Shown: one piece after another, positions 14,671-28,888 of the stretch
How the letters are laid out: every line of letters starts with the position of its first letter
Position numbering within the stretch: the first letter of the stretch is position 1
Assembly (NCBI GenBank): GCA_951406725.2
Contig: OX597841.1
Location: forward strand, 12,772,001 to 12,836,000
Direction: 5' to 3'
DNA length: 64,000 nt
Origin: Octopus vulgaris
Lineage: Eukaryota
Made by a program: the position numbers and the translations under genes
The notes under the pieces: model-generated
Databases searched by the model: none
Seen by the model: only the letters and a program-made list of their open reading frames with translations
What the model was told of the DNA's origin: nothing

Positions 14671-14811
14671 ATATGAAATACATAACTACAAATATATGCC
14701 AATACATATAATATATATATACACACACATACACATATATACATGTGTATACATTTGTATATCTATATACATGTATATTTATGTATCTATATATTTACCT
14801 ACCTACTTACC

Positions 14812-14842
<31 letters not shown>

Positions 14843-14876
14843 ATGTATATATGTATATATACATACATAACTATAC

Positions 14877-14918
<42 letters not shown>

Positions 14919-15369
14919 GTGTGTGTGTGTGCATGAATATATGTATGTATGTATATGTACATGCCTCTGTATGTCTTACTACTGGTGTAAGCGAACAAAA
15001 CAATAAGAATAACAACAATAATAGTAAGGATGATGATGATGATAATGATGATGATGATAATGATGATGATGATGATGATGATGATGATAATGATGATGAT
15101 GATGATGATAGCAATAGTGCTAATATGAATACTTATATCAAGTTCTGGCCACCCAGTTTCATGCGTTTCCAGATGTACCTCTTTTGGTTGCTGTATTAAT
15201 CTTTCTCTGTTCCTTAGTAAAAAGGGTGGAGATCCTCAGACAGCGAAGGGTCCCACCAACAGACAACCAGCAGAAAACCTGATGAAAATCTCTCTCAAGC
15301 AATTTCCATTCTAAATGATCCAACATTATTATCCACATGCCACACAAATTTGCCAGAATCTGGTCATGT

Positions 15370-16085
15370 GGTACCTCTTTTTAACGAATGATTAACCAAT
15401 CAGGAGGTACCTCTTTTATCTTATTATGAGGTACTTCTTTCAAATGATGTGGTACCTCTCTTAACTGATTATGATGTAGTACCTATCTTAACTGATTATG
15501 AAGTACCTCTTTTAAATGATGAAGTAGTACCTTAACTTATGAGGTACCTCTGTTAATTTATTACGAGGCACCTCTCTTAACCAGTTATGAGATACTTCTT
15601 TTAAATTATGAGGTACCTCTCTTAGCTGATTATGAGGTACCCCTTTTAAATGATGAAGTAGTACCTTAACTTATGAGGTACCTCTGTTAATTTATTACGA
15701 GGCACCTCTCTTAACCGGTTATGAGATACTTCTTTCAAATTATGAGGTACCTCTCTTAGCTGATTATGAGGTACCCCTTTTAAATGATGATGTGGTACCT
15801 CTGTAACTGATTATGCGGTACCTCTCTTAGCAGATTATGATGTATTTCTTTTAAATGATGATGTGGTACCTCTGTTAACTCATTATGAGGTACCTCTTTT
15901 AAATGATGAAGTGATACCTTAACTTATTATGAGGTGCCTCTGTTAATCTATTATGAGGCACCTCTCTTAACAGGTTATGAGATACGTCTTTTAAATATTG
16001 AGGTACCTCTCAAGGCTGATTATGAGGTACCTCTTTTAAATGATGATGTGGTACCTCTGCTAACTCATTATGAGATACCTTTTTT
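15370..16085. repeat. Minisatellite of 20-24-bp GAGGTACCTC subunits with a 134-bp higher-order repeat
   Basis: Recurrent TTATGAGGTACCTCT. The block starting GAAGTAGTACC occurs at 15521 and 15655 (134-bp period), with a third diverged copy at 15908. Confidence 0.9.
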
Positions 16086-16568
16086 AATCCAGACATAAAT
16101 GTAAGAGGATGCTCTGGCACATGGTGCCAGGTTCAATCTCATTGCGTGGCACCTTGAGTGAGTGTCTTCTACTATGGCCTTATGAGGCCAACCAAAGCCT
16201 TGTGAGTGGATCTGGGAGGTGTGTGTGCATGTCTCTATACATGTATGTAGACATATGCATGCATGTATGTGTATGTGTGTGTTTGTGTGTGTGTGTGTGT
16301 GAGTACCCCTGTCTTAACTTCACATGATAGCTGTAAATAAGCATCCCCATCATACATGCAGGGTTGTTTATGTCCAGACTTACATGAAAAACATTTCCAC
16401 ATCTGAGAAAATTTGTATAAATGTATGTATGTGTGTGTATATATGTATGTGTGTATTAATGCATACATACATACATATACACATACATACATCATACATT
16501 CCTACATACATACATATATGCATGTATGTATGTATCTATCTATTTATCTATTTATCAGTTTGTTTATG

Positions 16569-16604
<36 letters not shown>

Positions 16605-17319
16605 CCTATCCATCCATCCATCTATCGCTTTGTCTATCTATCTATCTACCTTCCTATCTATCTATCTATCTATCTGTCTGTCTGTCTGTCTGTCCATTAA
16701 TGAGTGCATGTATATGACAAATGTTCATTCTCCTTGCAATGATGAAGCACAGGTTTGATTTCAGGGTCAGCCCTGGTTCTGGTCAATCGGTCATTCGGTC
16801 AGCTGTGCATGTCTCATTCCACTGATGTTTACAGTCAATGGAATGGTCACTGGGATGAAACACTGCTCCACAACACTATTCCTTGTTTACACATCACACA
16901 CACACACAAACACACATTTATATATACAAATATATATGTATACTTATCTACATATATACATACAAATATAAACATATACACACATGGAGAGAAAGAGAGA
17001 GAGAGTGTGTGTGTGAGATACACACACACATATATATACATATTTATATACTCATATATATTATAACGGTATTTGTGTGTGTACGTACACATGACTAACT
17101 ATTCAAAATGTGACCTCGTGTGTACCGTTGGCGATTTTTTTTTTTTCCTCTGTCTTCCCTTCTCTGGATCTTTCCTTCTCTTATGTTTCCGACGAAGAGC
17201 TCCGCTCAAAACGTTAAACCCTCCTCCTTTCCTTAGCGTCCAATAATACTATATTTGTTCCACGTCCTCGCGTTGTTGTGTTTTTTTGTGCTTTCTTGTT
17301 TGGATTGACCATATATATT

Positions 17320-17351
<32 letters not shown>

Positions 17352-17469
17352 GAGAAAGAGAGAGAGAGAGAAAGAGCGAGACAGACTGACAGAATATAGG
17401 TATTTAGGCATACACACACTTTATACATATGTGTATATATTTGTATATCTATATACATGTATACTTATT

Positions 17470-17508
<39 letters not shown>

Positions 17509-18495
17509 TGTGTACAATGTATCTATCTATCTACCTATCTACCATTTTATTTTCTCTCTCTGCTTATTTCTATGTTCCTTTCTGTTGAAGAGCATAGGCT
17601 CAAAATGTAAAAGATTTTCTCACTTCCCGAGTGTTAAACTAATCTATTTGTTGTTTACACCCCCACCTTCGTCTTTTGCTTTGTTTTTTTTGTTTTGTTT
17701 TTTTTGTAAATTCCAATTATTTAGGTATATAAAAAGATGTAATACGTACAATTTCAAAAGTCTTTCGACTTTTTAGGGGAAGCATTTGTAACTTCCCTAG
17801 GTTATAGTAATTCTAGCATATCCTTACTAACAGATCTAATAAGCTGACCTGCCACCTTTTGTTATTCCAGAGAGAGAGAGAGAGAGAGAGAGGGAGAGGG
17901 GAGAGAGAGAGAGAGAGATGGTTGTAGTAGCACTTTGAACAAACCTTACTAAACACTGCTTGTCACAGCTGACTGGTTTCTGTAACTCAACCAGGACTTG
18001 AAGACAGAATTAAACTGGGTGAAAATATTACAGAAATTTCAGAGATGCTGCAGACTGCTTCTGGATTAATCTTTAGCAGCTAAGCATTTATTCAACCCCC
18101 AAGAGGTATTTTTTTAAGCCTGGTACTTATCTTATCAGTCTCTTTTGCCGAACTGCTAAGTTACAGGGACATATCTTATTTGGAAACAGGTGACAGGAAT
18201 ATAATCTGACTCTAGAAAATCTACCTTAACAGGACCCACCTGACCCAGGAACCTGCTGAAATGATAAAAGGACCGACTCATCCATTACATACAAATATTT
18301 CCTCTGAAGGTTTTTTTTTTAACAGGGTCCAGTTTGTTTGTTGTTGAATATTGACTCTATACTCTACCTAATATATATACCCAAACTCTCTGCAATACAT
18401 ATTTCATATTCTACCCACATTTTTTTTTTTTTTGGTGGGTGGGGTGTGTGTGTTCTACCGATGTCTTACCCGTATTCCACCCTTATGTTTTGCAG

Positions 18496-18586
18496 GTCAC
18501 TTTATGGGCAATCATACCGTCATTGATCATTTACGAAAAGCTGGCTTCGTAATTGAACACACGTCTCCGGAGTACCTAATACCTGA
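18496..18586 (+). CDS. TRABD2: Tiki/TRABD2-like metalloprotease internal exon (end of the TraB/Tiki domain), phase 1 to 2
   Basis: Acceptor TTTTGCAG, donor GA|GTGAGT. Encodes (G)HFMGNHTVIDHLRKAGFVIEHTSPEYLIP(E), which matches from memory vertebrate Tiki AGHFMGNNTVLDVLRREGYEVEH, including the metal-ligand GH. Confidence 0.9.
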
Positions 18587-18629
18587 GTGAGTATAAAACT
18601 TGTGGCCCAGGCCTCTGTAAAAACTCCAT

Positions 18630-19025
18630 GTTGTTGTTGTCGTGTTGTTGTTGTTGAGTGAACGGTCTTCGTCCCAGAGCTCGCAAGATCGTGCCTCTGG
18701 GGAGAAGTCCGAAACGTGGTCCTGTGCTATTCGTAAGACCCGCAGAAGAGAAAGCCAGTCAACCCCCAACAACGAGAGCATCGACGGATGGATGAATGCG
18801 CATCCAGGCTCAGTGGTTGCGTAGGAAGTTGGGGACAAGAAACGGGAAGAGAGAAAGTTGGAGCGAAAGAGTACAACAGGGGTCGCCACATCCCCTTGCC
18901 GGAGCCTCGTGGAGCTTTAGGTGTTTTCGCTCAATAAACCCACACAACGCCCAGTCTGAGAATCGAAACCGCAATCCTCCGACCGCGAGTCCGCTTGCCT
19001 AACCATTGGGCCATTGCGCATCCAC
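18630..19025 (-). mobile_element. tRNA-headed SINE with (AAC)n tail, CpG-rich (young-looking)
   Basis: Minus strand GGATGCGCAATGGCCCAATGGTTAGG (A-box-like)...GGTTTCGATTCTC (B-box-like), ending in an (AAC)n tail. Confidence 0.8.
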
Positions 19026-19426
19026 TATTGTTGTCATCGTCATCATTTAGCCCCAGGCCAGTCCTGATCCGACACATCTTTCACCATGTCTTCTTTTCTT
19101 AATACACAGTGTGTTTAGGACTACGTTATCTAATGTCCCCTTCCTTGTTGTTTTCCTTATTTAACCCCAAATCAGTCCTGATCCAGAGAGACCTATGATC
19201 AAAGATGTTCCAGCCATGACCATCCAATATTTTCTTAACGCTGGTGTGTCTTGAACTACATTCTCTAATGTGTCCTTCCTATGTTTAAAGTACAGTGTGA
19301 CACAGAAGATTTGGTTGTGATATTTAGCAGGTTGTGTGACCACATAGAGCAAGTACTCTCCATAGCAGACTGTCTTAAAATTAATTTTAGTGTATATAAA
19401 GCTGAGTACACACACAGACACACATA

Positions 19427-19499
<73 letters not shown>

Positions 19500-19872
19500 C
19501 TTACATAAAATACGTTCTGTCTGTATGTGTGTGTGTGTGGCTTCTAGGATCTCGGGCATCCTTCATCCAATTGTGCTCAAATTTGATATGTAGATACCGA
19601 CGGTATCAGGGTGTGTATAAGTCTTGAAAAAATTACAAAAATCGATTCCAGGTGAGAATGCGATCGATAAAGCCATGGGAAATCGTTTTTCTTTCGAATA
19701 GAAAAAAAGTCTATCTTTATTTCTTCTTTTGCTGGAGTCTCAAATTTAGGTTAAATCAGTGTTTCTCAAAGGGGAGATCTATGGGACAGTCAGACAAGTT
19801 GCTTTGAGAAAATATGGTTTAAATGTTTGACAAGTCAGCACCGTCCATTGGACGTGGGGGGGCGTTTTGCTC

Positions 19873-19922
<50 letters not shown>

Positions 19923-20419
19923 AACATGTACAGGTGTCATTTCATTATGACCGTTTCAAGCAGCTTCATTTAATTGATTAATGAAAACATTGCATCAATT
20001 AAAAAGAAACCATTCTCATCAAATGACCACATAGACTTCAAACACAAAGGATTAACCATTTTTTAAACAAATGTACATCAATAATGGAACTCAAAATATT
20101 TACATTGTTTCCTTATGCTGTATCTGTGGCAGAATAAGTTTAGAAAATAATTCACACCTCGTTAAGCCTACAATAATTCAGAGAGTAGCAGAGGGAATAG
20201 CAGGGGTCAAGATACATACCTAATTCAGCTGAATCTTAATTATATGTAAGTGGTAAGAAGCTTGCTTACCAACTACATGGTTCCAGGTTCAGTCCCACTG
20301 CATGGCACCTTGGGCAAGTGTCTTCTACTATAGCCTTGGGCTATAGCCAAGGACCAAAGTCTTGTGAGTGGATTTAGTTGAGAGAAACTGAAAGAAGCCC
20401 ATTGTGTGTGTATATATAC

Positions 20420-21010
<591 letters not shown>

Positions 21011-21011
21011 G

Positions 21012-21042
<31 letters not shown>

Positions 21043-21082
21043 AGCAAGCATCTTACCACACAGTCATGCCTGCACCATATGT

Positions 21083-21127
<45 letters not shown>

Positions 21128-22210
21128 GTAGATAGATAGATAAGATAGATAGATAGATAGGTAGGTGAGGATGGATGGATGGATGGATGGATGGACGGAC
21201 GGACGGACAAATATTACAAGCATCCATGAGCTTCCCCAGAATCCCATGAGGAGGTGGGGTCTTTCCGTTGGTCTTCCCATATTATTATCATCCATTCATC
21301 CAATCAGAACAGTGGACATTTTATGGCAGGATGTGATGGTCTAATTACGTGTCTGTCACATGACACCCTGAGAGTCCAGCCCACCACCACCATCACCACT
21401 ACCATCTCCATCAACACCACTCCCCCCACCCTCATCTCTCTGAGATGGCAGCATTTTGTGTTGATGGAAAGGTTGTGGGGGTGGGTGGGAAAGAATTAAA
21501 GTTCAAAGGTCAGCTCCTCCCCCACCGCTGCTACCCAGAGTGGGGGGATGAGAAATAATGGGTAAAGAGGGGGTGGTTATCAGGGGGGTTTTTTTTTGTG
21601 GTTGACATCTCTCTGAGAAGAAGAAGGAAAGAAAATGTGATTTGTGTGTGTGTGTGTGTGTGTGTGTGCATGTCTGCCTGTTTGTGTTTGTGTGTTTGTG
21701 TGTGTGTATGTGTGTATGTGTTTGCTTGTTTGTGTGTGTGTGCGAGTGTGTGTGTCTGCCTGTTTGTGTGTGTGTATGTGTGTATGTGTTTGCTTGTTTG
21801 TGTGTGTGTGCGAGTGTGTGTGTCTGCCTGTTTGTGTGTGTGCGCTTAGTTTTATGCATGTATGTGTTTGTGTGCATTTGTGTGTGTGTATATGTTTGAA
21901 TGGTTGCATGTGTATATGCTTATATGTGTAAGTTAGTGTATGTATGTGTGTGTAAGTTTGTGGATGTCCACGTTTCTGTGTGTAGGGTTGTATGTGTAAA
22001 TATAATTATGCGTATGTATGTTTGTTGATGTGTGTGTGTTTGCATGTGTACATGTTTGTGTGAGAGTGGGAATATGTTTGTGTTTGTATATATGCAAGTC
22101 TATGTATGTACATATATGTGTTTAGGGGGGGGGGGTATTTAAGAATAATATAACACAAGGATGGAGGATATCATCATCATCATCATCATCATTTAGCATA
22201 TATATATTGA

Positions 22211-22247
<37 letters not shown>

Positions 22248-22346
22248 ACACACACACATCTGTATATAAACATATATAGCCGAGTAAGCACATAAATGTG
22301 AAACAAGGTGAGAAAAAATAGTACTCAACTACCAGAGGTAGAGTAA

Positions 22347-22545
22347 TATGCTTTATTATTAAAGCTGCAAAAACATCACAAAATTACTGCAAAAAAACTG
22401 CTATACAGAGTTTCACGTTCCCATTCATCAGGCATTGGAGATCAAAAATCTGATCATAATTGCTTGATGAAAGGGAAGGTGAAATTCTGAGTAGCAGTTT
22501 TTTTGTGATGTTTTTGTTATGCTTACACAGGTTTAATAATAAAGC
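22347..22545. mobile_element. Head-to-head inverted duplication of a pLTR-like segment, with a degenerate hammerhead motif on each arm
   Basis: ATGCTTTATTATTAAA...GAGTTTCACGTTCCCATTCATCAGGCA is inverted as TGCTTGATGAAAGGGAAGGTGAAATTCTGAGTAGCAG...TTTAATAATAAAGCAT. Flanked by TA/CA microsatellite. Confidence 0.75.
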
Positions 22546-22550
22546 ATATA

Positions 22551-22599
<49 letters not shown>

Positions 22600-22667
22600 C
22601 GTTTTGTTTACCATGTAGGCAGTCATCGTAATTTTTGTTTGTCTTGTTGTTGAGAGAGGCTCCCTTT

Positions 22668-22747
22668 CTTTCCTGATGAGAAGATTGCATAATGCACCTT
22701 ATTCCTTTGGAATGAAACCATGTTGTCTTCGAAACATATGTCGAGAG
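22668..22747 (+). ncRNA. Type I hammerhead ribozyme motif, canonical core
   Basis: CTTTC-CTGATGA-GAAGA[ttgcat...atgttg]TCTTC-GAAA-CATATG-TC-GAGAG. G10.1-C11.1 pair present, palindromic stem III ACATATGT, GUC site (cleavage predicted after 22742). Confidence 0.85.
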
Positions 22748-22999
22748 TAAAGGAATTTTGTTAACATCTTTGTTCGACTCCATTCTTTCATTTATTCATA
22801 AACAACACACAAATTTCTGCACATGAACCCGGAGTTTCTACCCTTGGACAGGTCGCTTCAACTGTGTTTCTGACGTGAATTTGCTACCCAGGTTTCGGTT
22901 CAACGAATTTTCCATGCTGACGATAAACATAGGATAATTCATTCACCTATTTAAATATATATATATTCTCTCTGTGTTTATTTCCCCATGTTCCTTTCT

Positions 23000-23208
23000 T
23001 ACATCAAAAAGGTGCTTCTTTTTCTATGAAAAATCCCTATTTTTTACGATTTTTTTACTGCTGTGTCGCCATTTTTCGGTGTATTTCAACCAGAAAAATG
23101 TTCACTTAAAGAGAATAACAAGCTACATAATGCAAAATTTTTACTTTTCAAAAATTCCAATTCTAAAGGGTCGAAACAAACCCGAGCAACGCCGAGCATT
23201 ACTGCTAG
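23000..23208 (+). mobile_element. Non-autonomous Helitron-like 3' end
   Basis: Matches 30500-30706. Ends in hairpin CCCGAGCAACGCCGAG followed by CTAG-T. Confidence 0.7.
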
Positions 23209-23364
23209 TTAGATTTAAATCTCAACAGGTTAATATACTTGCCTCGTCATTCCATGTTCTCCATTCTCTCATTTGCATATGTGAGAATGAATTTTGGTAT
23301 CAATCTATATCCATCCCTCTGTAATAACTAGAAATTGTCAGAATGTGATTCTCTAATGAGGATA

Positions 23365-23459
23365 CCTTTCCTGATGAAGGGGACATTGTCCGCAGGGATT
23401 GTAAAATTTCTTTTAATTTTTCTACCAGGACATGAACTCTGGAAATGGCCATAGAAAGG
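23365..23459 (+). ncRNA. Type I hammerhead motif, near-canonical
   Basis: CCTTTC-CTGATGA-AGGG[long insert]CTCT-g-GAAA-TGGCCA-TA-GAAAGG. Perfect 6-bp stem I, palindromic ATGGCCAT stem III, one extra G before GAAA. Confidence 0.7.
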
Positions 23460-23710
23460 AATTTTCCTCTAATTACAATTATATACTATTTATATTTGTT
23501 AAAAAACAGATTGAATTTTATGGATTTATTTTCTGGAATTTTTAGACACTTTTAACAGCTCCCAATTTTAGTATTGAAAAAAATTTTATGTGTTTACTTT
23601 TCCTCATTTTTTCCATATGTATCCCATGTATATTCTATTTACATATATTTTTATGTATATTTATATATATTTATACTTTCAAAAATATTCATATATATTT
23701 TGTCAATATG

Positions 23711-23753
<43 letters not shown>

Positions 23754-23896
23754 TAAAAAATGGAGTTAACGTAAATACGAAGTTTCTACCTTTATAAACA
23801 AGGAGTTACAACACCTTTACTTGTGAGATTTTTGCTACCCTGGTAACTATTTATTTATTTTTCCATATTAATTGTTAACAAGGTAAAAATACACTC

Positions 23897-23950
<54 letters not shown>

Positions 23951-23974
23951 TTCAAATTGAATTTATAACTATAC

Positions 23975-24270
23975 CATCTGATCGTGACCGTTGCCAGCGC
24001 CACCCCGGCTGGCCTCCGTGCCGGTGGCACGTAAAAAGCACCATCTGTTCGTGGCCGTTTGCCAGCCCCGTCTGGCACCTGTGTTGTTGGCATGTAAAAA
24101 GCACCCACTACACTCTCAGAGTGGTTGGCGTTAGGAAGGGCATCCAGCCGTAGAAACACTGCCAGATCAGACTGGGCCTGATGCAGCCTTCTGGCTTCAC
24201 AGACCCCAGTTGAACCGTCCAACCCATGCTAGCATGGAAAGCGGACAATAAATGATGATGATGATGATGA
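23975..24270 (+). mobile_element. Family B retroposon
   Basis: Same modules and (GAT)n tail. Further copies at 26535-26805, 29865-30165 (-), 33110-33315 and 58500-58640. Confidence 0.85.
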
Positions 24271-25039
24271 CATATCATATGTAAAAAAAAGTTGATTGCC
24301 TAATTTAAGTTTTTATTTTAATTCTTGTATATATAATATGTGTGTGTGTGTGTTTATTATCATCATCATTCAATGTTGATTTTATATCGATATAAATATG
24401 TATATGTTTATAGTTATATATAAGTATATATCAATATATATGTATGCATGTGTGTGGGTCTCCAAAATCTACTGTGTTCAGTCAAAAGCCATATCAACAA
24501 CACCGAGATGGTTCTGTTTAATTTCCAAACAAGAAACACGAAAACGGAGAAGCGAACTCAACAGACCCCAGGATGGGAGAATGTTCAACCAAGGCAGAGG
24601 AAAAAAAAAAAAAAAAAAAAAACAAAACAAAGAAAAACAAGAAGGAATTAAAAGAATTACAAATAAAACTGCAATAAATCTTCCGTGCTGCGTCTATGAC
24701 GTTATTCCACCATTTTCAGGTTCGAATTCCCTCAGGATTTCTGTGGGGTTCTTGTGAAATATCTGGATGCTGCTAACTCATTTAACATTCAACTCGTCCC
24801 CCCACCCCGCAGCCTCACCCCCAAGCTCCCCACCCCTCCACCCTGGCCTCCATCCTCTTGCTGACAATGTCTGTCTGTCTCTTTCTTCCTCCCCTCTCTC
24901 TCTCTCTCTCAATCTCTCTTTCTCTCGCTCACCCCCTGCCCCCTCCTGCTCCATCCCCACCCCCCTCTGTTAGTTAGCTTTAGACTTGTAACAGCTCAGT
25001 TTGATATCTTGCTTACATATATAAATATATATGTTGTTA

Positions 25040-25084
<45 letters not shown>

Positions 25085-25274
25085 AGTAGGTACATATATA
25101 TATTTACACAAGCAAATTATATACGTTATTAAATATTTATGTATATATATATACACACATGTATATATTCATGTATCTGTACATATATTTATGTATGTGT
25201 ATATATATGTGTATGTATATATATATAAATATATACATATATACACACATGGATATAGTCATGTATGTGTAATA

Positions 25275-25306
<32 letters not shown>

Positions 25307-25741
25307 ATTGTATCTGTGTATACAGATATATATTTAAACATATATATATATGTATGTATGTGCATTACGTGTGTATACAGATATATATTTATACATATAT
25401 ATATATGTATGTGCATATATATATATACATACATGAATGTGTGTACACACACACATCTAAGTATAGATAGATAGATAGATGTGTACATATATACATGTGT
25501 GTGTGTATACATACACACACACGTATAGATAGATAGATAGATAGATATACACATATATTCATGTGTGTCACACACACACACCCCATTTATCTGAGACTGC
25601 CAATTTTCCAGTGCCAATTGTTGAAATAACCTTCTTCAGATTTTTTTCCTCTCTACTTGTTGCCATTCCACAGTTATGTGTGTGTGTGTGTGTGTGTGTT
25701 GTATGTTAATGTGTGTCTATATAAGTATACATGTATATATA

Positions 25742-26150
25742 GGCGCAGGAGTGGCTGTGTGGTAAGTAGCTTGTTTACCAACCACATGGTTCTGGGTTCA
25801 GTCCCACTGTGTGGCAACTTGGGCAAGTGTCTTCTACTATAGCCTCGGGCCAACCAAAGCCTTGTGAGTGGATTTTGTAGACGGAAACTGAAAGAAGCCC
25901 GTCGTATATATGTATATATATATGCATGTGTGTGTATATGTTTGTGTGTCTGTGTTTGTCCCCTCAACATCGCTTGACAACCGATGCTGGTGTGTTTATG
26001 TCCCCGTTACTTAGCGGTTCGGCAAAATAGACCAATAGAATAAGTACTGGGCTTACAAAAGAATAAGTCCCGGGGTCGAGTTGCTCGATTAAACATGGTG
26101 CTCCAGCATGGCCACAGTCAGATGACTGAAACAAATAAAAGAGTAAAGAG
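25742..26150 (+). mobile_element. SINE family A, full-length
   Basis: GGCGCAGGAGTGGCTGTGTGGTAAG head through the AAAAGAGTAAAGAG tail. Confidence 0.9.
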
Positions 26151-26838
26151 TATATACACGTGTGTGTGTGTGTGTTTATATAGCTGCATGCAAATGTGTA
26201 CCAAAGGATGAGGTTTCAAGTCCTATGAACAGCCTCCCTCTTTTTCCATCCAAAGGATCTTTTATCTAAAATTTATATTCTATAGTCTATAGCATTATGT
26301 ACTTCAATATCCACTGCACCAAAAATAAAAAACAAACAAACAAAAAAATTATGATTCTTAGACTCAGGTGTTGCAAGAAGCTTGATTCCCAACCATCTGG
26401 TTCTGAGTTCCATCCCACTACATGGCACTTTGGGCCCAGTATCTTCCACTAAAGCCCTGAGCCAACCAAAGCCTTTTAAGTGGGTTTTGTAGATAGAAAC
26501 TGGGTGAAGCCTCTCATATATATATATATATACGTTCGGACGGTGACACGTAAAAGCACCAACTGATCGTGGCCGTTTGCCAGCCTCTTTGCCAGCCTCC
26601 TCTGGCCCCTGTACCGGTGGCACGTAAAAAGCACCCACTACACTCACGGAGTGGTTGGCGTTAGGAAGGGCATCCAGCTATAGAAACACTGCCAAACCAG
26701 AATGGACCTTGGTGCAGCCTCCATGGCTTACCAGACCCCGGTTGAACCATCCAACCCATGCTAGCCTGGAAAATGGACGTTAAATGATGATGATGATGAT
26801 GATGATATATATACATATATATATATATATTTATAATA

Positions 26839-27198
26839 GGCGCAGGAGTGGCTGTGTGGTAAGTAGCTTGCTAACTAACCACATGGTTCCGGGTTCAGTC
26901 CCACTGCGTGGCATCTTTGGGCAAGTGTCTTCTGCTATAGCCCCGGGCCGACCAATGCCTTGTGAGTGGATTTGGTAGACAGAAACTGAAAGAAGCCTGT
27001 CGTATATATGTATATGTATATATGTATATGTTTGTGTGTCTGTGTTTGTCCCCCTAGCATTGCTTGACAACCGATGCTGGTGTGTTTACGTCCCCGTCAC
27101 TTAGCGGTTCGGCAGAAGAGACCGATAGAATAAGTACAGGGCTTACAAAGAATAAGTCCCGGGGTCGATTTGCTCGACTAAAGGCGGTGCTCCAGCAT
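26839..27198 (+). mobile_element. SINE family A, tail replaced after CCAGCA
   Basis: Full head and body, then a switch to TCAGGACTGACCCAGGGCTAAAC-(AAC)n, the end of the 2690/10285/19045 family. Confidence 0.85.
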
Positions 27199-27522
27199 CA
27201 GGACTGACCCAGGGCTAAACGACAGCAATAACAACAACACTTTGATAATGACTGTTGGGTGCCAAATGGCAGTGGGTGGGGGTGGGGGTGAAGGGGGGTA
27301 TGAAACGGGGGTGGTGGGTAGTGTGTCATGACCCCCTCGCACCCCACCCCACCCCCCAACAACCACCATCAGTGTCAAACACTGATCTCCCACCCACCCC
27401 GCTGCCCCTCCACTTTGCCATCATTTTTTTAGCCTCCTGCTTTCTTTTGTCACCATCTCCTCCTCCTTCACCTCTGTCTCTGTGTATGTATATACATGTA
27501 TGTGTATGTGTATCTATATGTA

Positions 27523-27557
<35 letters not shown>

Positions 27558-27757
27558 GCATATGTGTATGTATATTTGTATATGTATATGTATGTGTATG
27601 TATATGTACGTGTGTGTATGTGTGTATATGTGTATATATGTAGGTGTGTGTATATATATATATATATATATGCATATGTGTATGTATATTTGTATATGTA
27701 TATGTATGTGTATGTATATGTACGTGTGTGTATGTGTGTATATGTGTATATATGTAG

Positions 27758-27789
<32 letters not shown>

Positions 27790-27950
27790 GCATATGTGTA
27801 TGTATATTTGTATTTGTGTATATATGTATATATGTAAATGTATATGTATGTGTATATGTATGTGCATGTATATATATATAGTTGTGTGTGTGTGTATGTA
27901 TATGTATATGTGTATGCATGTGTGCGTATGTGTGTGTATCTATATGTATG

Positions 27951-28033
<83 letters not shown>

Positions 28034-28381
28034 ATAGTGCTGCCATCTGGCCCTCAAGTGTCAAAAATAAGGGGCTGACAGCAATAACCCCTTCAATTAT
28101 TTCTGTCACGCCTGCCTCCTCTCCCTCTCCTCCCACTCTCCCTCTCTCTCTTAGGAGGAGGGCAGGATGAGAGGCGGCTGGGACGCATGCGGGGGGGGGG
28201 TGAGGAGTGGGGGTCAGTTGTGATAGTGGTGGTGGTGGTGGTGGTGGGAAAGGGGGGGTCCAGTGATTAAGAACAGTTTAATTTAATAAATATTGTAAAA
28301 TTTGTGGCATATCTGTGTGTCCCCATGTCTGTCTGTATTGATGAGGTGAGTGGGGTGGAGGGTGATGGTCAGGCCCCTTTC

Positions 28382-28420
<39 letters not shown>

Positions 28421-28775
28421 TCCACACACACACACACACACACACACAGACAGACAGGTATGTAGGTAGATAGAGAGAGATGGAGAGAGATGGAGAGATG
28501 GAGAGAGTGAACCAGATGGCTGGCTGGGTGAACTGACAGCCGAATGGATGATGGGGTGGAATGGATAAAGAGACAGATAGATGGATAGATGGATAAGTAG
28601 CCGAAATTGAGTGATGGAGACACAAGCACTTAGGTAGGTAGGTAGGATACTCTGGCATAAAGGTAGATAGACCAATGGACAGACTGGCAGGCAGGCAGAG
28701 GGACAGACAGACAGACAGACAGATAGATGGATAGACAGATAGACAGATAGACAGATAGATAGATAGGTAGGTAGG

Positions 28776-28831
<56 letters not shown>

Positions 28832-28832
28832 C

Positions 28833-28888
<56 letters not shown>

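Noticed and set aside
27520-27810. About 115-bp tandem duplication of compound microsatellite (60-bp analogue at 21690-21840)
   Set aside because: Ordinary slippage or unequal exchange, or an assembly artefact.
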